Notes: generated by a model not told the origin, from the letters alone. A stretch of 63,995 nt of DNA, filler included, from Lama guanicoe (GCA_013239625.1; 79 parts of 77 records of this genome joined end to end with filler, not necessarily neighbours in it), one strand, 5' to 3'. Shown: positions 23,302-36,626, counted from the first letter of the whole stretch. Made by a program: numbers and translations.

Positions 23302-25399
23302 GTGTTCTGCATTTCGTTACTTAATTCAGGGTTCTATATTCTCTTTTATAGATTCTATTATTTGTGTTGTTCATTCTACATTCTATAATTTGCATTCCCT
23401 TTTCTATATTCTATATTCTGTGTTCTACATTCTCTATTCTAAATTATATATTCAGTATTCTGTATTTTATATACTTAATTCTGTGTTCTGCATTCCATTA
23501 CTTTATTCTAGGTTCTATGTCCTCTTTTATATATTCTATATTTTGTGTTCTTCATTCTAAATTCTACATTCTATATTCTGCATTCCGTATTCTATATTCT
23601 ATATTCTGTGTCGTACATTCTATATTCAACATTCTATAAATCCTATATCCTGTATTCTATATTCTATATTCTGTGTTCTGCATTCCAAGTTCTATATTTT
23701 ATATGCAGTATTCTGTATTCTGAATTCGAAATTTTGAGTTCTGCATTCGATGTTCTAAATTGTATATTCAGTATTCTCTATTCTATTTTCTAAATTGTGT
23801 TTCTGCAATCCATGTTCTAAATTCTGGGTTCTGTATTTTGTTTTCCATATTCTATATACTTTGTTCTGCATTCTATGTTCTGTGTTCTATATTCTTCATT
23901 CCGTATGCTATATTCTATATTCTGTGTTCTACATTGCATATTCTAGGTTCTATATTCAGTATTCTGTATTCTATATTCTAAATTCTGTGTTCTGCATTCC
24001 ATGTTCTAAATTCTATATTCAGTATTCTGTATTCCATAGCCTATATTCTGTGTTCTACATTTTATATNNNNNNNNNNNNNNNNNNNNNNNNNNNNNNNNN
24101 NNNNNNNNNNNNNNNNNNNNNNNNNNNNNNNNNNNNNNNNNNNNNNNNNNNNNNNNNNNNNNNNNNNNNNNNNNNNNNNNNNNNNNNNNNNNNNNNNNNN
24201 NNNNNNNNNNNNNNNNNNNNNNNNNNNNNNNNNNNNNNNNNNNNNNNNNNNNNNNNNNNNNNNNNNNNNNNNNNNNNNNNNNNNNNNNNNNNNNNNNNNN
24301 NNNNNNNNNNNNNNNNNNNNNNNNNNNNNNNNNNNNNNNNNNNNNNNNNNNNNNNNNNNNNNNNNNNNNNNNNNNNNNNNNNNNNNNNNNNNNNNNNNNN
24401 NNNNNNNNNNNNNNNNNNNNNNNNNNNNNNNNNNNNNNNNNNNNNNNNNNNNNNNNNNNNNNNNNNNNNNNNNNNNNNNNNNNNNNNNNNATTCTGTGTT
24501 TTCCATGTTCTATATCCTATTTTTAGTATTCTATATTCTAAATTCTAAATTCTGTGTTCTGAAATCCATGTTCTAAATTCTATATTCAGTNNNNNNNNNN
24601 NNNNNNNNNNNNNNNNNNNNNNNNNNNNNNNNNNTTAATTAATTAANNNNNNNNNNNNNNNNNNNNNNNNNNNNNNNNNNNNNNNNNNNNTGCATTCTAT
24701 GCTCTAAATTCTGGCTTCTGTATTCTCTTTTCCATATTCAATATTCTGTTTTCTAAATTCAACATTCTTTATTCTATATTCTGCATTCTGTATTGTATAT
24801 TCTTTATTCTGTGTTATACATTCTATATTCTAAATTCTTTATTCAGTATTCAGCATTGTATATTCTATACTCTGTGTTCTACATACTATATTCTAAATTC
24901 GATATTCAGTATTCTGTATTCTATATTTTAAATTCTGTGTTCTGCATCCCATGTTTTAAATTCTGTTTTCTATATTCTCTATGCTATATTCTTTATATTG
25001 TGTTCTTCATTCTATATACATATTCTGCATTCCGTGCTCTATATTCTATTTTCTGTGTTCTACATAGTATAGTGTAAATTCTATATTCAGTATTCTGTAT
25101 TCTGTATTCTAAATTGTGTGCTCTGTATTCCATGTTCTAAATTCTGTGTTCTATATTCTATATTCTATATTCTATATTCTGTGTTCTACATTCTTTATTC
25201 AAAATTCTATATTCAGTATTCAGTAATCTATATTCTAAATTCTGTGTTCTGAATTCAATGTTCAAATTTATACGTTCTATATTCTCTATTCTATATTCAA
25301 TATTCTATGTTCTACATTCTGTATTCTATGTTCAATATTCAAAATTCTGCATTATGTATTCTAAATTCTGTGTTCTGCATTCCATGTTCTAAATTCTGG
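23302..25399 (+). repeat. Family D heptamer satellite (two scaffolds: 23302-24590 and 24691-25399)
   Basis: Same heptamer vocabulary throughout; spurious YILYSVF-type ORFs. Confidence 0.94.
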
Positions 25400-26848
25400 N
25401 NNNNNNNNNNNNNNNNNNNNNNNNNNNNNNNNNNNNNNNNNNNTTAATTAATTAANNNNNNNNNNNNNNNNNNNNNNNNNNNNNNNNNNNNNNNNNNNNC
25501 AGAAGACAGGTGAGAGGCATATAGCAACAGGTCACAAAGATGGTAAGATCAATGTTGATTCTCCAACCCCCGAAAAAATTCCTCCAAAACCGAAAACTCT
25601 GAATTTTGAAAGTAAAATACTATCATATAAAGAAATAAAATAAATAATCCTCTTCATCAGGGTTTCAAGATCTGACTGCAGAATTTTTAGATACTGAATC
25701 CTAGCACAGAAAAATCAGATGGACTAGTGGTAAGTTCCAGGAAAACGGCGGTAATTCCTCCACTTGAAAGAGGACACACACTCACTTGTCGAAGGTGACT
25801 GTAAACCACATTCTGGAGAAATTCAGAAGATTCAGTCACCGATTCTAGATGGTGATGACACAGAAGGACGGCTTGGATGCATACTTCTAACTGAGTTACC
25901 GGCATTCTTACACTGCAGGTGGAATAGAAGACCCCCAGTCAAGAGCAGAAATTTTCCTGTCATGTATCCCAGGCCGTGCCTCGGGGACTCAGTGCCCTGC
26001 AGCATNNNNNNNNNNNNNNNNNNNNNNNNNNNNNNNNNNNNNNNNNNNNTTAATTAATTAANNNNNNNNNNNNNNNNNNNNNNNNNNNNNNNNNNNNNNN
26101 NNNNNCATTTTTAGGCTATACCTGGAAAGTAATGTAAAATCAAGTGCCAATATCAACTTGGTCAAATAGTTTGACTTTTTCATTTTTGTTCCCTAGACAT
26201 TTGCTATTTTAACTTTAAAATTAGGCTTCCGAGTTAACAGGTAATCAATTTTTTTTCAGGAAGCCTTCTTACCTCAATGTCCTTGTTCCCCACAGTTACC
26301 CTCCCAAGCTTCTCCAAATTCATTAACTTCAGGATAAGCAGATGGGGGCAATCTCTTAAATTAATAAACTAAATGCTGCTATGAAAATAATCTGTATATG
26401 TTGTATTGCTATTAGCACAAATTGAATCCATTAATTTCATTTATATAGCAATTATTCAAAGACCTATGCTTTGCACAATGTACAAAGTATGACCGAATCT
26501 TAACTTAAATGATTTTGCAGTTTGTTTTTCCTAAGAGGAGAATAGATCAAAGCATTTCCTTGATCAGTGCAATAGCTTACATTTCTTTTGNNNNNNNNNN
26601 NNNNNNNNNNNNNNNNNNNNNNNNNNNNNNNNNNTTAATTAATTAANNNNNNNNNNNNNNNNNNNNNNNNNNNNNNNNNNNNNNNNNNNNACCCTCTCTG
26701 GATGGGGAGTCAGCACAACAGGGAACCACAGAGAATCTGGGTTCCCAGGGCCCCTGCTGGAGGAAAGGCTGCCCGCCAATTCGAGCCCTGGGGGCTGCTT
26801 CTGTCCCTTAGCTGGGGCCTCAAACCTCCCTTCACATCCCAGTCCTGT

Positions 26849-27239
26849 TGATACAAGAAAACAGATGTAGGGCATGAGAAGGGCTGTGCGCCAGGCTTTG
26901 GTTGAGCCCCTGGAATGTGCCCCACCAGACGTGGGTCCTTGGCTTCATACAGGAAAGAATTCAAGAGCAAGCCACTGTTGAGAAAAGGTATATTTATTCA
27001 CAGAGTCACATTGAAAGGCAAGAGATAGGCCACGAGGTGTTGGGGGTTTTATGCTCAGATTAAAAGTAGGTACACACTCCACAGAGTGTGGGCCTTCTCC
27101 GAAGAGGGAGAGAGGGGTGACCGCGAGGTGGCGCTGTGTTGCTGGTTTTCATGGGCTTACTAGTAAGTAGAAAGAGGAGCCAAGGGCCAGGGGGCTGGGA
27201 TTCCCAGGGAGTTGGCCTTTTCCCACCCTGTGACATTTT
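26849..27239 (-). mobile_element. ERV1-type LTR, 3' part
   Basis: Reverse complement matches the LTR ends at 58570-58723 and 43011-43064 (GAATAAAT...CTTTCCTGTATGAAGCCAAGGACCCAC...TTCTTGTATCA). Confidence 0.82.
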
Positions 27240-27977
27240 NNNNNNNNNNNNNNNNNNNNNNNNNNNNNNNNNNNNNNNNNNNNTTAATTAATTAANNNNN
27301 NNNNNNNNNNNNNNNNNNNNNNNNNNNNNNNNNNNNNNNGGTATAAAAAGAGTCCACTCCACTCTGCACCAGCTGTCCCTGGAGCCCGTGGGGCCCTCCC
27401 TCCTTCCAGATGGGGGAGGCGGCCAGCCCTGCAGCAGCTCTAGGGTCCAGGCTGGGCCACCAACAGGTCAAGGTGAGACTGCACTGCCTGGGAAGGGGGG
27501 GAACAGCGGTGCAGCAGTAAATGCCAGCGAGAGCAGCTCTGTAACCGGCTCCACCTCTGTGAGCAGGGCCAGGGCTCGAACTTGGCCGTGAGGGTGGGAG
27601 GGCTGGGAGAGCTGGATGTGACCCTGGACAGGGCTGAACCTGAGCTCAGGGCCGGAGGGCCTGGGGGAGAGACAGAAAGACACAGGCAGGGAAAGAGAGG
27701 GTGTGAGTGATAGAGAGGTGGGGGTTAAATCCTAGAGAGGGACAGGAGGTGATGGAACACCAGGTAGGGGGAAGCGGACATGAGGAGGCAGGAAGGAAAG
27801 GGGGAGCCAGCCCAGTGTGCGTGGTGGGGGACAAAGGGCCAAAGTAACTCTGGGAAGAGGAGTTGGCCCATCCTTCANNNNNNNNNNNNNNNNNNNNNNN
27901 NNNNNNNNNNNNNNNNNNNNNTTAATTAATTAANNNNNNNNNNNNNNNNNNNNNNNNNNNNNNNNNNNNNNNNNNNN

Positions 27978-28534
27978 AGAGAAAGACTTCAAAGTATCTA
28001 TTATACATATGTTTAAAGGGAAAAAAAATTATGTTTAAAGAATAAAAAGATACAGTAATAATGTCTCGCCAGGTAAGAAATATAAATAAGGAAATATGAA
28101 TTATAAAAAAGAACCAAAGGACTGGATAGCTACATACAAAAGAATAAAACTGGACCACTATCTTACATCATACACAAAAATTAACTCAAAATGGATTAAA
28201 GACTTGAATGTAAGACCTGCAACCACAAAATGCCTAGAAGAAAACATAAGTGGTAAGTTCTTTCAATCAATCTTGGAGATGATTTTTTGGATCTGACTCC
28301 TAAAGCAAAGGCAACAAAAGCAAAAATAAACAAGTGAGACTACATCAAACCAAAAAGCTTCTGCACAGCAAAGGAAACCATCAACAAAGTGACAAAACAG
28401 CTTAATAAAAAGAAGAAAATATTTGCAAATCATATATCTGATAATGGATTAATATCTAAAATATGTAAAGAACTCATACAACTTAAGCAAAAAAACAAAT
28501 GATTTGATTTTAAAATGGGCAGAGGATCTAAATA
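27978..28534 (+). mobile_element. L1 fragment (short ORF1-like piece joined to the ORF2 3' region)
   Basis: [65 protein letters not shown]. Confidence 0.88.
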
Positions 28535-28753
28535 CAGGCATACCTCTGAGATATTGTGGATTCAGTTCCAGATCACTGCAGCAAAGTGATTATTGCAATA
28601 AAGCAAGTTACACAANNNNNNNNNNNNNNNNNNNNGCAAGTTAGTTTTTTGGTTTCCCAGTGTGTATGAAAGTTATGTTGACACTATACTTACGTCTATT
28701 AAGAGTGAAATAGTATTATGTCTAAAACATGAAGTGTGATTCTTATTGCAAAT
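28535..28753 (+). mobile_element. Tigger1 DNA transposon 5' end inserted at a TA within the L1
   Basis: TA|CAGGCATACCTC.GAGATATTGTGG.TTCAGTTCCAGA.CACTGCA matches the Tigger1 terminus. Confidence 0.85.
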
Positions 28754-29935
28754 NNNNNNNNNNNNNNNNNNNNNNNNNNNNNNNNNNNNNNNNNNNNTTA
28801 ATTAATTAANNNNNNNNNNNNNNNNNNNNNNNNNNNNNNNNNNNNNNNNNNNNTTTTTTATTTTTTGCAATATTTCAATAAAATTTGGCTATCAGTATTT
28901 TTCTCCCCCTAAAGGAATGCAGTATAGGGTCTTGCCAGGACAGAATACCAACTTTTCTCAGTTTGCTGTATCGTTCTTGTGAGAGTTTATTTGTGTGATT
29001 GAAATAATACCACTGGCAAAGGAACACCTTTCAGAGAACCTGATGGGGTCTTACCGTTGCCATCTGTGGAATTTGTAGGATTTGAAACTCTGAAAGCTTT
29101 GTCCCTTCTCTGTATTGCTCCTTCCTCTTTAAGGAGAAAAATCTAAACCTTAACCACATTAAAAAGATGTGTATTTTGTGTGTGCGGTGGTGCCTTTCTG
29201 AGAATCACATCTTCATCATCCATGGGACAATAATACATAACCCACCTTTCCCCAGAAGTCTACGTAGAAACGCTGGAGAGACAACGGAATAGAAAGGCCT
29301 CAACTCCNNNNNNNNNNNNNNNNNNNNNNNNNNNNNNNNNNNNNNNNNNNNTTAATTAATTAANNNNNNNNNNNNNNNNNNNNNNNNNNNNNNNNNNNNN
29401 NNNNNNNTTGTCTATTTCTCTCTTCACATCTTTTAGTATTTGCTTAATAAATTTAGGTGGTCCAAAACAAATTCATTATGATAATTATGCTTTTGGTATT
29501 GTTGCTTGTGAGCCACAAATAAAAATCCTGGTGATTAGGTTTAAAAGAGGAAAATTTCTACTTATTTCCTCAGGTAGTTTTGCTGGGTTTCAAGCAGGCA
29601 GAGTCTTAATTCACTTTCCTGTCTTTAAATCCTTGAATCCTTGAAAAGGATTTTATCCTTGAAAAGGATTTTATAGAGGAAAAGAAAATCTGCATTTGTT
29701 GTCCACTCGCTGGTCCATTCCATTTTGCTTCACAGCAGAATTTTTGATTTCCAGTCCTTTTTGGATGCATCGGCTCAGAGAGCTAAGATTGAAAGGCTTT
29801 CCTGCCTCAAAGCCTCTGTTTTCAGTAGCTTGTAANNNNNNNNNNNNNNNNNNNNNNNNNNNNNNNNNNNNNNNNNNNNTTAATTAATTAANNNNNNNNN
29901 NNNNNNNNNNNNNNNNNNNNNNNNNNNNNNNNNNN

Positions 29936-30404
29936 ATAACAACAACTAAAAAATAAATACAGAATATCATTTGAAAATATTATTCAAAGTATATTGAAAC
30001 AAACTGTAAAACCTAGAGGAGATGGACAAGTTTCTAGAAACATACTGCCCACCAAGACTGAATCAAGAAGAAACTGACCCCTTGAACAAGCAGAGCACTA
30101 GAAATGAAATCAAAATAGCAATATAAAACCTCCCTAAAAATAGCATTCCAGGACCGGGCGGTTTCACTGATGATTTCTACAAAACATACAAAGAAGACTC
30201 ATACCAGTTCTTCTCAAACTCTTCCAGAAAATTGAAAATGAAGGAATACTCCCAAAGTCATTGTATGAATCCACAATCACCATACCACAACCAGGCAAAG
30301 ACACTAACAAAAAAGAGGAATATAGACCAATATAACTTATGAACACAGATGCCAGAATCCTCACCAAAATAGTAGAAATTAGAATCCAACAACACAGATA
30401 AAAG
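29936..30404 (+). mobile_element. L1 ORF2 fragment (between EN and RT)
   Basis: [44 protein letters not shown]. Confidence 0.92.
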
Positions 30405-30504
30405 NNNNNNNNNNNNNNNNNNNNNNNNNNNNNNNNNNNNNNNNNNNNTTAATTAATTAANNNNNNNNNNNNNNNNNNNNNNNNNNNNNNNNNNNNNNNN
30501 NNNN

Positions 30505-31395
30505 ACAGAGCAGTTCTCTGGAGAACTGGACACATGTGTCTTTGTATTGCAGATCAGAAATGTAAATACAACAGTGACCTAAGTGTGAACCTAATTAGCT
30601 CAACGAGATAAAACTTAAGGCCAAAGAAAGTTTTCGCATTTTAGAACTGAGAACTCTGACGGGTCCTTCAGATTTGTCAAGAAATCTTTTATGTCTGTTT
30701 CATAAATAGTAAGCCTTAGTGATTTGAGCAAGCAAATTCAGCTTACTCCAACTATTATTATCCCTATCTCATAGGTAAGTTGTAAAGTGAACCTATGAGA
30801 TCTCTAGCTTTTGTCTCTTTATAAGCCGGAGTAGACATTATAGATGTGAGATATTTATACACCGGAAAAAAAAATACAAAAAACAAAGTCAAAGAGCTCT
30901 GCTTAATTGATGTAAAAAATAAGAGGTTACAAATTAAGTATTTTTAAAATAAAAACTGACCAAATTGACCTTCAGGTTCACGTGTACTGGAAAATATTCA
31001 ATATTAAGATAATATTTGATATTAAGTATTGTTTAAGTTAAGTTCTAATTAATATAGACATCTTTAAATTCATCAATAATAAGTATAATACCTTTACAGT
31101 ACCTAGGTTTAATGAAAGTCAAATAAGATCCTTTTACATCAAACCCTTTTAGATTTGTCAAAAAAAAAAAAACAATACTAATGTGGTGTAGTAAAATTTT
31201 AAGTAAATTTAATGCAAATGAGATGAGAACTTTGGGTAAATTCTTTCAAATACATTTTTAAAATGTATGCTTAACATAATCTCTGAATGTTTACTATCTT
31301 TAAATTCTAGAGTTGAGCTAAATTAAGTTAAATGATAGGATTTTATTAGCTATGCCATTTTCAGATAAATTAAGATTGAAATATGAATTACATAA
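30505..31395. mobile_element. AT-rich ERV-internal-like repeat; near-identical paralog at 44747-45055
   Basis: 30940-31130 and 31357-31394 match 44747-44935 and 45022-45055 with few differences. The ERV1-internal assignment is inference from composition. Confidence 0.5.
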
Positions 31396-31495
31396 NNNNN
31401 NNNNNNNNNNNNNNNNNNNNNNNNNNNNNNNNNNNNNNNTTAATTAATTAANNNNNNNNNNNNNNNNNNNNNNNNNNNNNNNNNNNNNNNNNNNN

Positions 31496-32413
31496 AAAAT
31501 GTCTTGTGCTCTTGGATTGAAGGAGTTAACATTGTTAACATTGCTGTACTACACATTGAAAACTACATATTGAGTGAAATTCCTGCTATGAAGATGTAGT
31601 ATTTCCCACAGAACCAGAAAATAAATAACTCTAAGTTTTACATGAAACCATTAAAAATTGCCCAAATGATCGTGAGAGAAAACAACAAATCTGGAGGTAT
31701 AACCCTCTCAGATTCCTTACTATACAACAAAGCTACAGTGATAAATACAGCATGGCATTTGCACAGAGATATAATCAATAAAATCAGATAGACAGCCTAG
31801 AAATAATTCCACACACCTATGAGCAATGAATCAATGATAAAAGAGGCAAGAGTACACAATGGAGAAAAGACAGTCTCTTCAATGGATGGTGTTGGGAAAG
31901 CTGGATATCTACATGTAAAACAGTGAAATGAGAGCATTTCCTGACATCATATACAAAAATAAAATCCAAGTGTGTTAAGGACCTAAATGTAAGACCTGAT
32001 AGTATAACACTGCTAGAAGGGGATATAGGTGATACCCTATTGGATATATATCATAGGAATATTTTATTATATCAGTCTCCTGAGGCAAAAGAAATAAAAG
32101 CAAAAATAAGCAAGTGGGACCTAAATAAACTTGAAAACTTCTGCACAATAACGACACTTTGAATGAAATGAAAACACTGCCTGTGCAATTGGAGAACATA
32201 TTTGCAAACAATGCAAGTGACCAGGGGTTAATAGATGTAGGTTAATACATGTAACATGGATTTAGGTTACACAACTCAACGTGAAAAACAAAAACCCAAT
32301 AAAAAAATGAGCAGAGTACCTGAGTTAATATTTTTCCAATGGAAACTTGCAGATGAGTAACATACAAGTGATAAAAATGCTCATTACTAATTTTTAGTTA
32401 ATTTCAGTTCAAA
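31496..32413 (+). mobile_element. Degenerate L1 ORF2 3' half
   Basis: AACAAATCTGGAGGTATAAC; CAATGGAGAAAAGACAGTCTCTTCAAT; CAAGTGGGACCTAAATAAACTTGAAAACTTCTGCAC. Confidence 0.88.
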
Positions 32414-33382
32414 NNNNNNNNNNNNNNNNNNNNNNNNNNNNNNNNNNNNNNNNNNNNTTAATTAATTAANNNNNNNNNNNNNNNNNNNNNNNNNNNNNNN
32501 NNNNNNNNNNNNNCTTCTCGCCCTCAGCACGGCAGGTGTCCCAGGCCACATCCCGAGCTGCCTGATTAGAACTGCGTGTGCCCAGGTCTGTTAGTCAGAC
32601 CAGCAGCCTCAGAGCCAGGGATTATGCCCGGGTCAACCTGCAAACCTACTGCCCGCTTCACAGCCCCCAGCCAGCAGGTCACCTGGGAGTCACAGCAAGA
32701 GCACAACCCCATCCAGAAGTCTCTTAATTTGCCAGCACTGCTGATGACTGGTTTCCAACCTTTGGTCAGTTTCACACAAAACAGCAGCTTCCACTGTGAA
32801 GAGGGGGGTTTTCTCTTCTGTGCCCCATCCTTACTGGAAACGTTAAGGGAAACCAAAACGCCTCTTCTCAACCCTTTTCTGATGACACCCTCCCACCCAC
32901 AATATCCACATGCTCAAGAGAATTGGGTCCACGTGATTTTGTTTCCCTTACGCTAAGGGGCTCAAAACACTGCGGGATTCTTTCACTTTTGAGGGTATTT
33001 GTACTCAGTTTATAGGCTTTAATCTGTTTTTATCTTTCTCTTCTGTATCTCTAGCAGTTGCCACTTCTTAATCCCTTCAACAGCCTCCCTCCCAACATCT
33101 AGTCTAGGAAATCAGCTGTGATGAGGGGCCCGGGGGCAGTCACAGAAGATGCAACTAAGGCACAGAGAGGCTGCAAAACATAATTTAGAAGATCAGCCTC
33201 AACCCCCAACATTGTGTGCCCCATCCCTCTTTTTAAATCTTATGCTAAACAAGCTTTTGAAGATTATGGTTATAAACAGATGNNNNNNNNNNNNNNNNNN
33301 NNNNNNNNNNNNNNNNNNNNNNNNNNTTAATTAATTAANNNNNNNNNNNNNNNNNNNNNNNNNNNNNNNNNNNNNNNNNNNN

Positions 33383-33882
33383 CATGCTCAAATATGAGAG
33401 ATATGTGATGTGAAAGCCCACCTTCACCTACATTGAAGGGAATAAAAAGTTTCATTTCTGTTCCAATCCCTCTATATACATATACATTGGGAAGTTCAAG
33501 CTCCAACCGGGATTTACAGTGAAACCTGCAAGAAATTCAACCCAGCAGTAGGAATCAGACTGAGAACCCTGTGTAAGTATTTCCCCTTCAACCCGATCTT
33601 TTAGTGCTGGATCAACGAACGTCTATACACATGCATATACACATGCTCATTTCTGGGAGAAACGTGTTTGTTAAAGCCGTCCTTTACCTAGCTTGAAGGG
33701 AACGCAAAGTTTCTTTTCAGTTGCTAACACCACTAAATATATATACCAGGGGTGGTAAATGTTCCAACTCGATTTTACATTAAAAAATGCAGGAACTTTA
33801 TACTGACAATAGAAAACAGACTGAGATTCCAGTGTAAGGGTTTCCCCTGCAAATCGTTCATTTCATGCTGGATGAACGAACG
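33383..33882 (-). repeat. Family C satellite, ~2 diverged monomers, reverse orientation
   Basis: Reverse-complement match to 10439-11124 (AAAGCCGTCCTTTACCTAGCTTG, TTTACAGTGAAACCTGCA). Period ~260, which includes a ~12-bp internal duplication (TATACACATGC twice). Confidence 0.85.
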
Positions 33883-34985
33883 NNNNNNNNNNNNNNNNNN
33901 NNNNNNNNNNNNNNNNNNNNNNNNNNTTAATTAATTAANNNNNNNNNNNNNNNNNNNNNNNNNNNNNNNNNNNNNNNNNNNNTTGTCTAAATTGGATACC
34001 AGCACTGTAAGCACAGAACATGCCACAGGATACATTTTAGTATTTAGTGAAAGAAAAATTCATGTTGACTTTAAGCAAAGTCTACTTTCCTGAAACAACA
34101 AAACTATCATAGTTTTAAAACTGTTTCGTTATGTTCTTTACTCTTCACCACAAACTAGCTCTTTTCGTAGCCCAAGGACTAGTCACTCAAAACTGTAATT
34201 GGAGGTATGTACAGTAGACAAAGTATTATTTTCTTCTTNNNNNNNNNNNNNNNNNNNNNNNNNNNNNNNNNNNNNCAGAGGCCTAGCATTTCATTCTCAT
34301 TTGATGGATATTTTCCTGTCTCTTCATCACCCACCCATCCCAAAAGAGCTGATTCTTTTCCGCATACCAATAAGTATACTGATTTCTAATTAATTGACTT
34401 CCTAGAATCAGAGTTTATCCAGAAGAGACAATGCCAATGCAAACATTTAATGTACGTTTATACACCCCACATAACTTGTGCCATTCTAACCTTCACACAG
34501 GAAGTATTTATGAGGTACTAGACCCTTGGTTGGGGTGGGTGAATTCAGAAACTAAATTGCAATCTAAACTGTGTGAACTAAAAAGAGGTGAGTGTGGTAG
34601 AATTAAATATTTGTCCAACTGCAAGAATATCAAATTTCTGCAGATACTAGGAAATATAAAATATTCATGGAATACTTTGACTATTTCCCATTAATTTAAA
34701 ATTAGAGGTGAAACATTTTCAGAATGTGAAATGAGCTGAATTTCTGGGATAAGTGTAGGCTTGGTCAGGGAGCCTAAGACTTCTGCTCACAATCATGAAG
34801 CCAGTGTCAGCGGATAAGACTGAAATGGCAACATTATGTCCTGAAAATGTGTCACCTGTTGTGAAGAAAGACTTTGATAATCTGGNNNNNNNNNNNNNNN
34901 NNNNNNNNNNNNNNNNNNNNNNNNNNNNNTTAATTAATTAANNNNNNNNNNNNNNNNNNNNNNNNNNNNNNNNNNNNNNNNNNNN

Positions 34986-36526
34986 TTCTAATCTAGAGGC
35001 TTTATTTTCTTTGTCTGTTTGCTTTGACTAGAACAGCTAGTACAATGTTGATTTTGGGAGGGAATAATTCAGTGCTTCTGCATTATGTATGATCTTTGCT
35101 TCAGGTTTTTCATAGATGTTCTCTGTCAAGTTGAGGAAGTTCTCTTCTATTCCTAGTTTTTATCCATTATTCTATTAATATNNNNNNNNNNNNNNNNNNN
35201 NNNNNNNNNNNNNNNNNNNNNNNNNNNNNNNNNNNNNNNNNNNNNNNNNNNNNNNNNNNNNNNNNNNNNNNNNNNNNNNNNNNNNNNNNNNNNNNNNNNN
35301 NNNNNNNNNNNNNNNNNNNNNNNNNNNNNNNNNNNNNNNNNNNNNNCCTTGTGATGCCCTGGTTTTCGTATTAGTGTGATACTAGTCTCATTGAATGAAA
35401 TGGGAATTGTGCCCACCTCTTTATTTTCAGACGAATTTGTGAAGCATTTTTTGTTTGTTTTTGTTTTTGTTTTTTCATTAAGTATTTGATGGAATTCACT
35501 AGCAAAGCCATACGGGCCTAGCATTTCTTTGTGTGAATGTTTTGGATTTCTATTTCAGTCACTATTTACTGTAGGAATATTTGAGTTTTCTATTTCTCCT
35601 TGAAATAGCTTCAGTCATTTATGTCCTTCTAGGAATTTATCCATTTCATCTAGATTATCTCATTTATTGGCTATATAATTATTTATGATATTCCCTTATA
35701 TTCCTAGTTCTTTTTGTAAGGGCAGTAGTGACATCCTTCCTTTCATTACTCATTTTAGTAATTTGAATCTTCTCTCTTTTTTTTTTCAATACTAGATAAA
35801 ATTTGTCAATTTTATTGATCTTTCCAAAGAACCAAATATTCCTTTTGTTGATTATTCTCTGTTGTTTATCTATTGTCTATTCCATTTATTTCTGCCTTTA
35901 GTATTTTGATTAGAATGTTTAATTCATTTACATTAATGTAATTTCTTATCAGGTTGAAGTTACATCTGCTGTCTACTTTCTATATGTCTTTTTTTCCCAT
36001 TCCTCTATTACTACACATTTTTGTACAAAGTAAGCATTTTCAAGTGTGTCATTTTAATTTGTTTATTTTATCCTTTTCTTCTCCTCCTGCTCCTATTCCT
36101 CCTCCTCCTTCTCTTCCATTGCCCTGGAGATTATAATTNNNNNNNNNNNNNNNNNNNNNNNNNNNNNNNNNNNNNNNNNNNNTTAATTAATTAANNNNNN
36201 NNNNNNNNNNNNNNNNNNNNNNNNNNNNNNNNNNNNNNGCTAACAATTTAGTGGTGATATTTGCATTTATGCTTAACAGTATTATTTAACCTGTTATTTT
36301 TTGAGGTATTTGTTCCTGTTTTAGTAGTAGTGTGAAACAGAAATGTGGGTTAGGGAGCCTTCCTTCCTCTGCAAATGTTTGGAATTCTCTGAGAAATATA
36401 GGTGATAGCTCTTCTCTTAATGTTTGACTGAATTCACCTGTGAAGCTATCTAGGCCTGGAATTTTGTTTCTTGGGTGATTTTGTTTTATAACTTATTCAA
36501 TTTCATTAGTGATAATCTGTTCATAT
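34986..36526 (-). mobile_element. Old antisense L1 ORF2 fragments (two scaffolds: 34986-~36050 and 36239-36526)
   Basis: LGPYGFASEFHQIL...FNETSITLIRKPG; GAATTCACCTGTGAAGCTATCTAGGCCTGGA. Confidence 0.8.
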
Positions 36527-36626
36527 NNNNNNNNNNNNNNNNNNNNNNNNNNNNNNNNNNNNNNNNNNNNTTAATTAATTAANNNNNNNNNNNNNNNNNN
36601 NNNNNNNNNNNNNNNNNNNNNNNNNN

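Noticed and set aside
23364..24526. Hydrophobic Tyr/Ile/Leu/Phe-rich 'membrane protein' ORFs (also at 14-15, 37-38, 40-41 and 52-54 kb)
   Set aside because: They are translations of the heptamer satellite.
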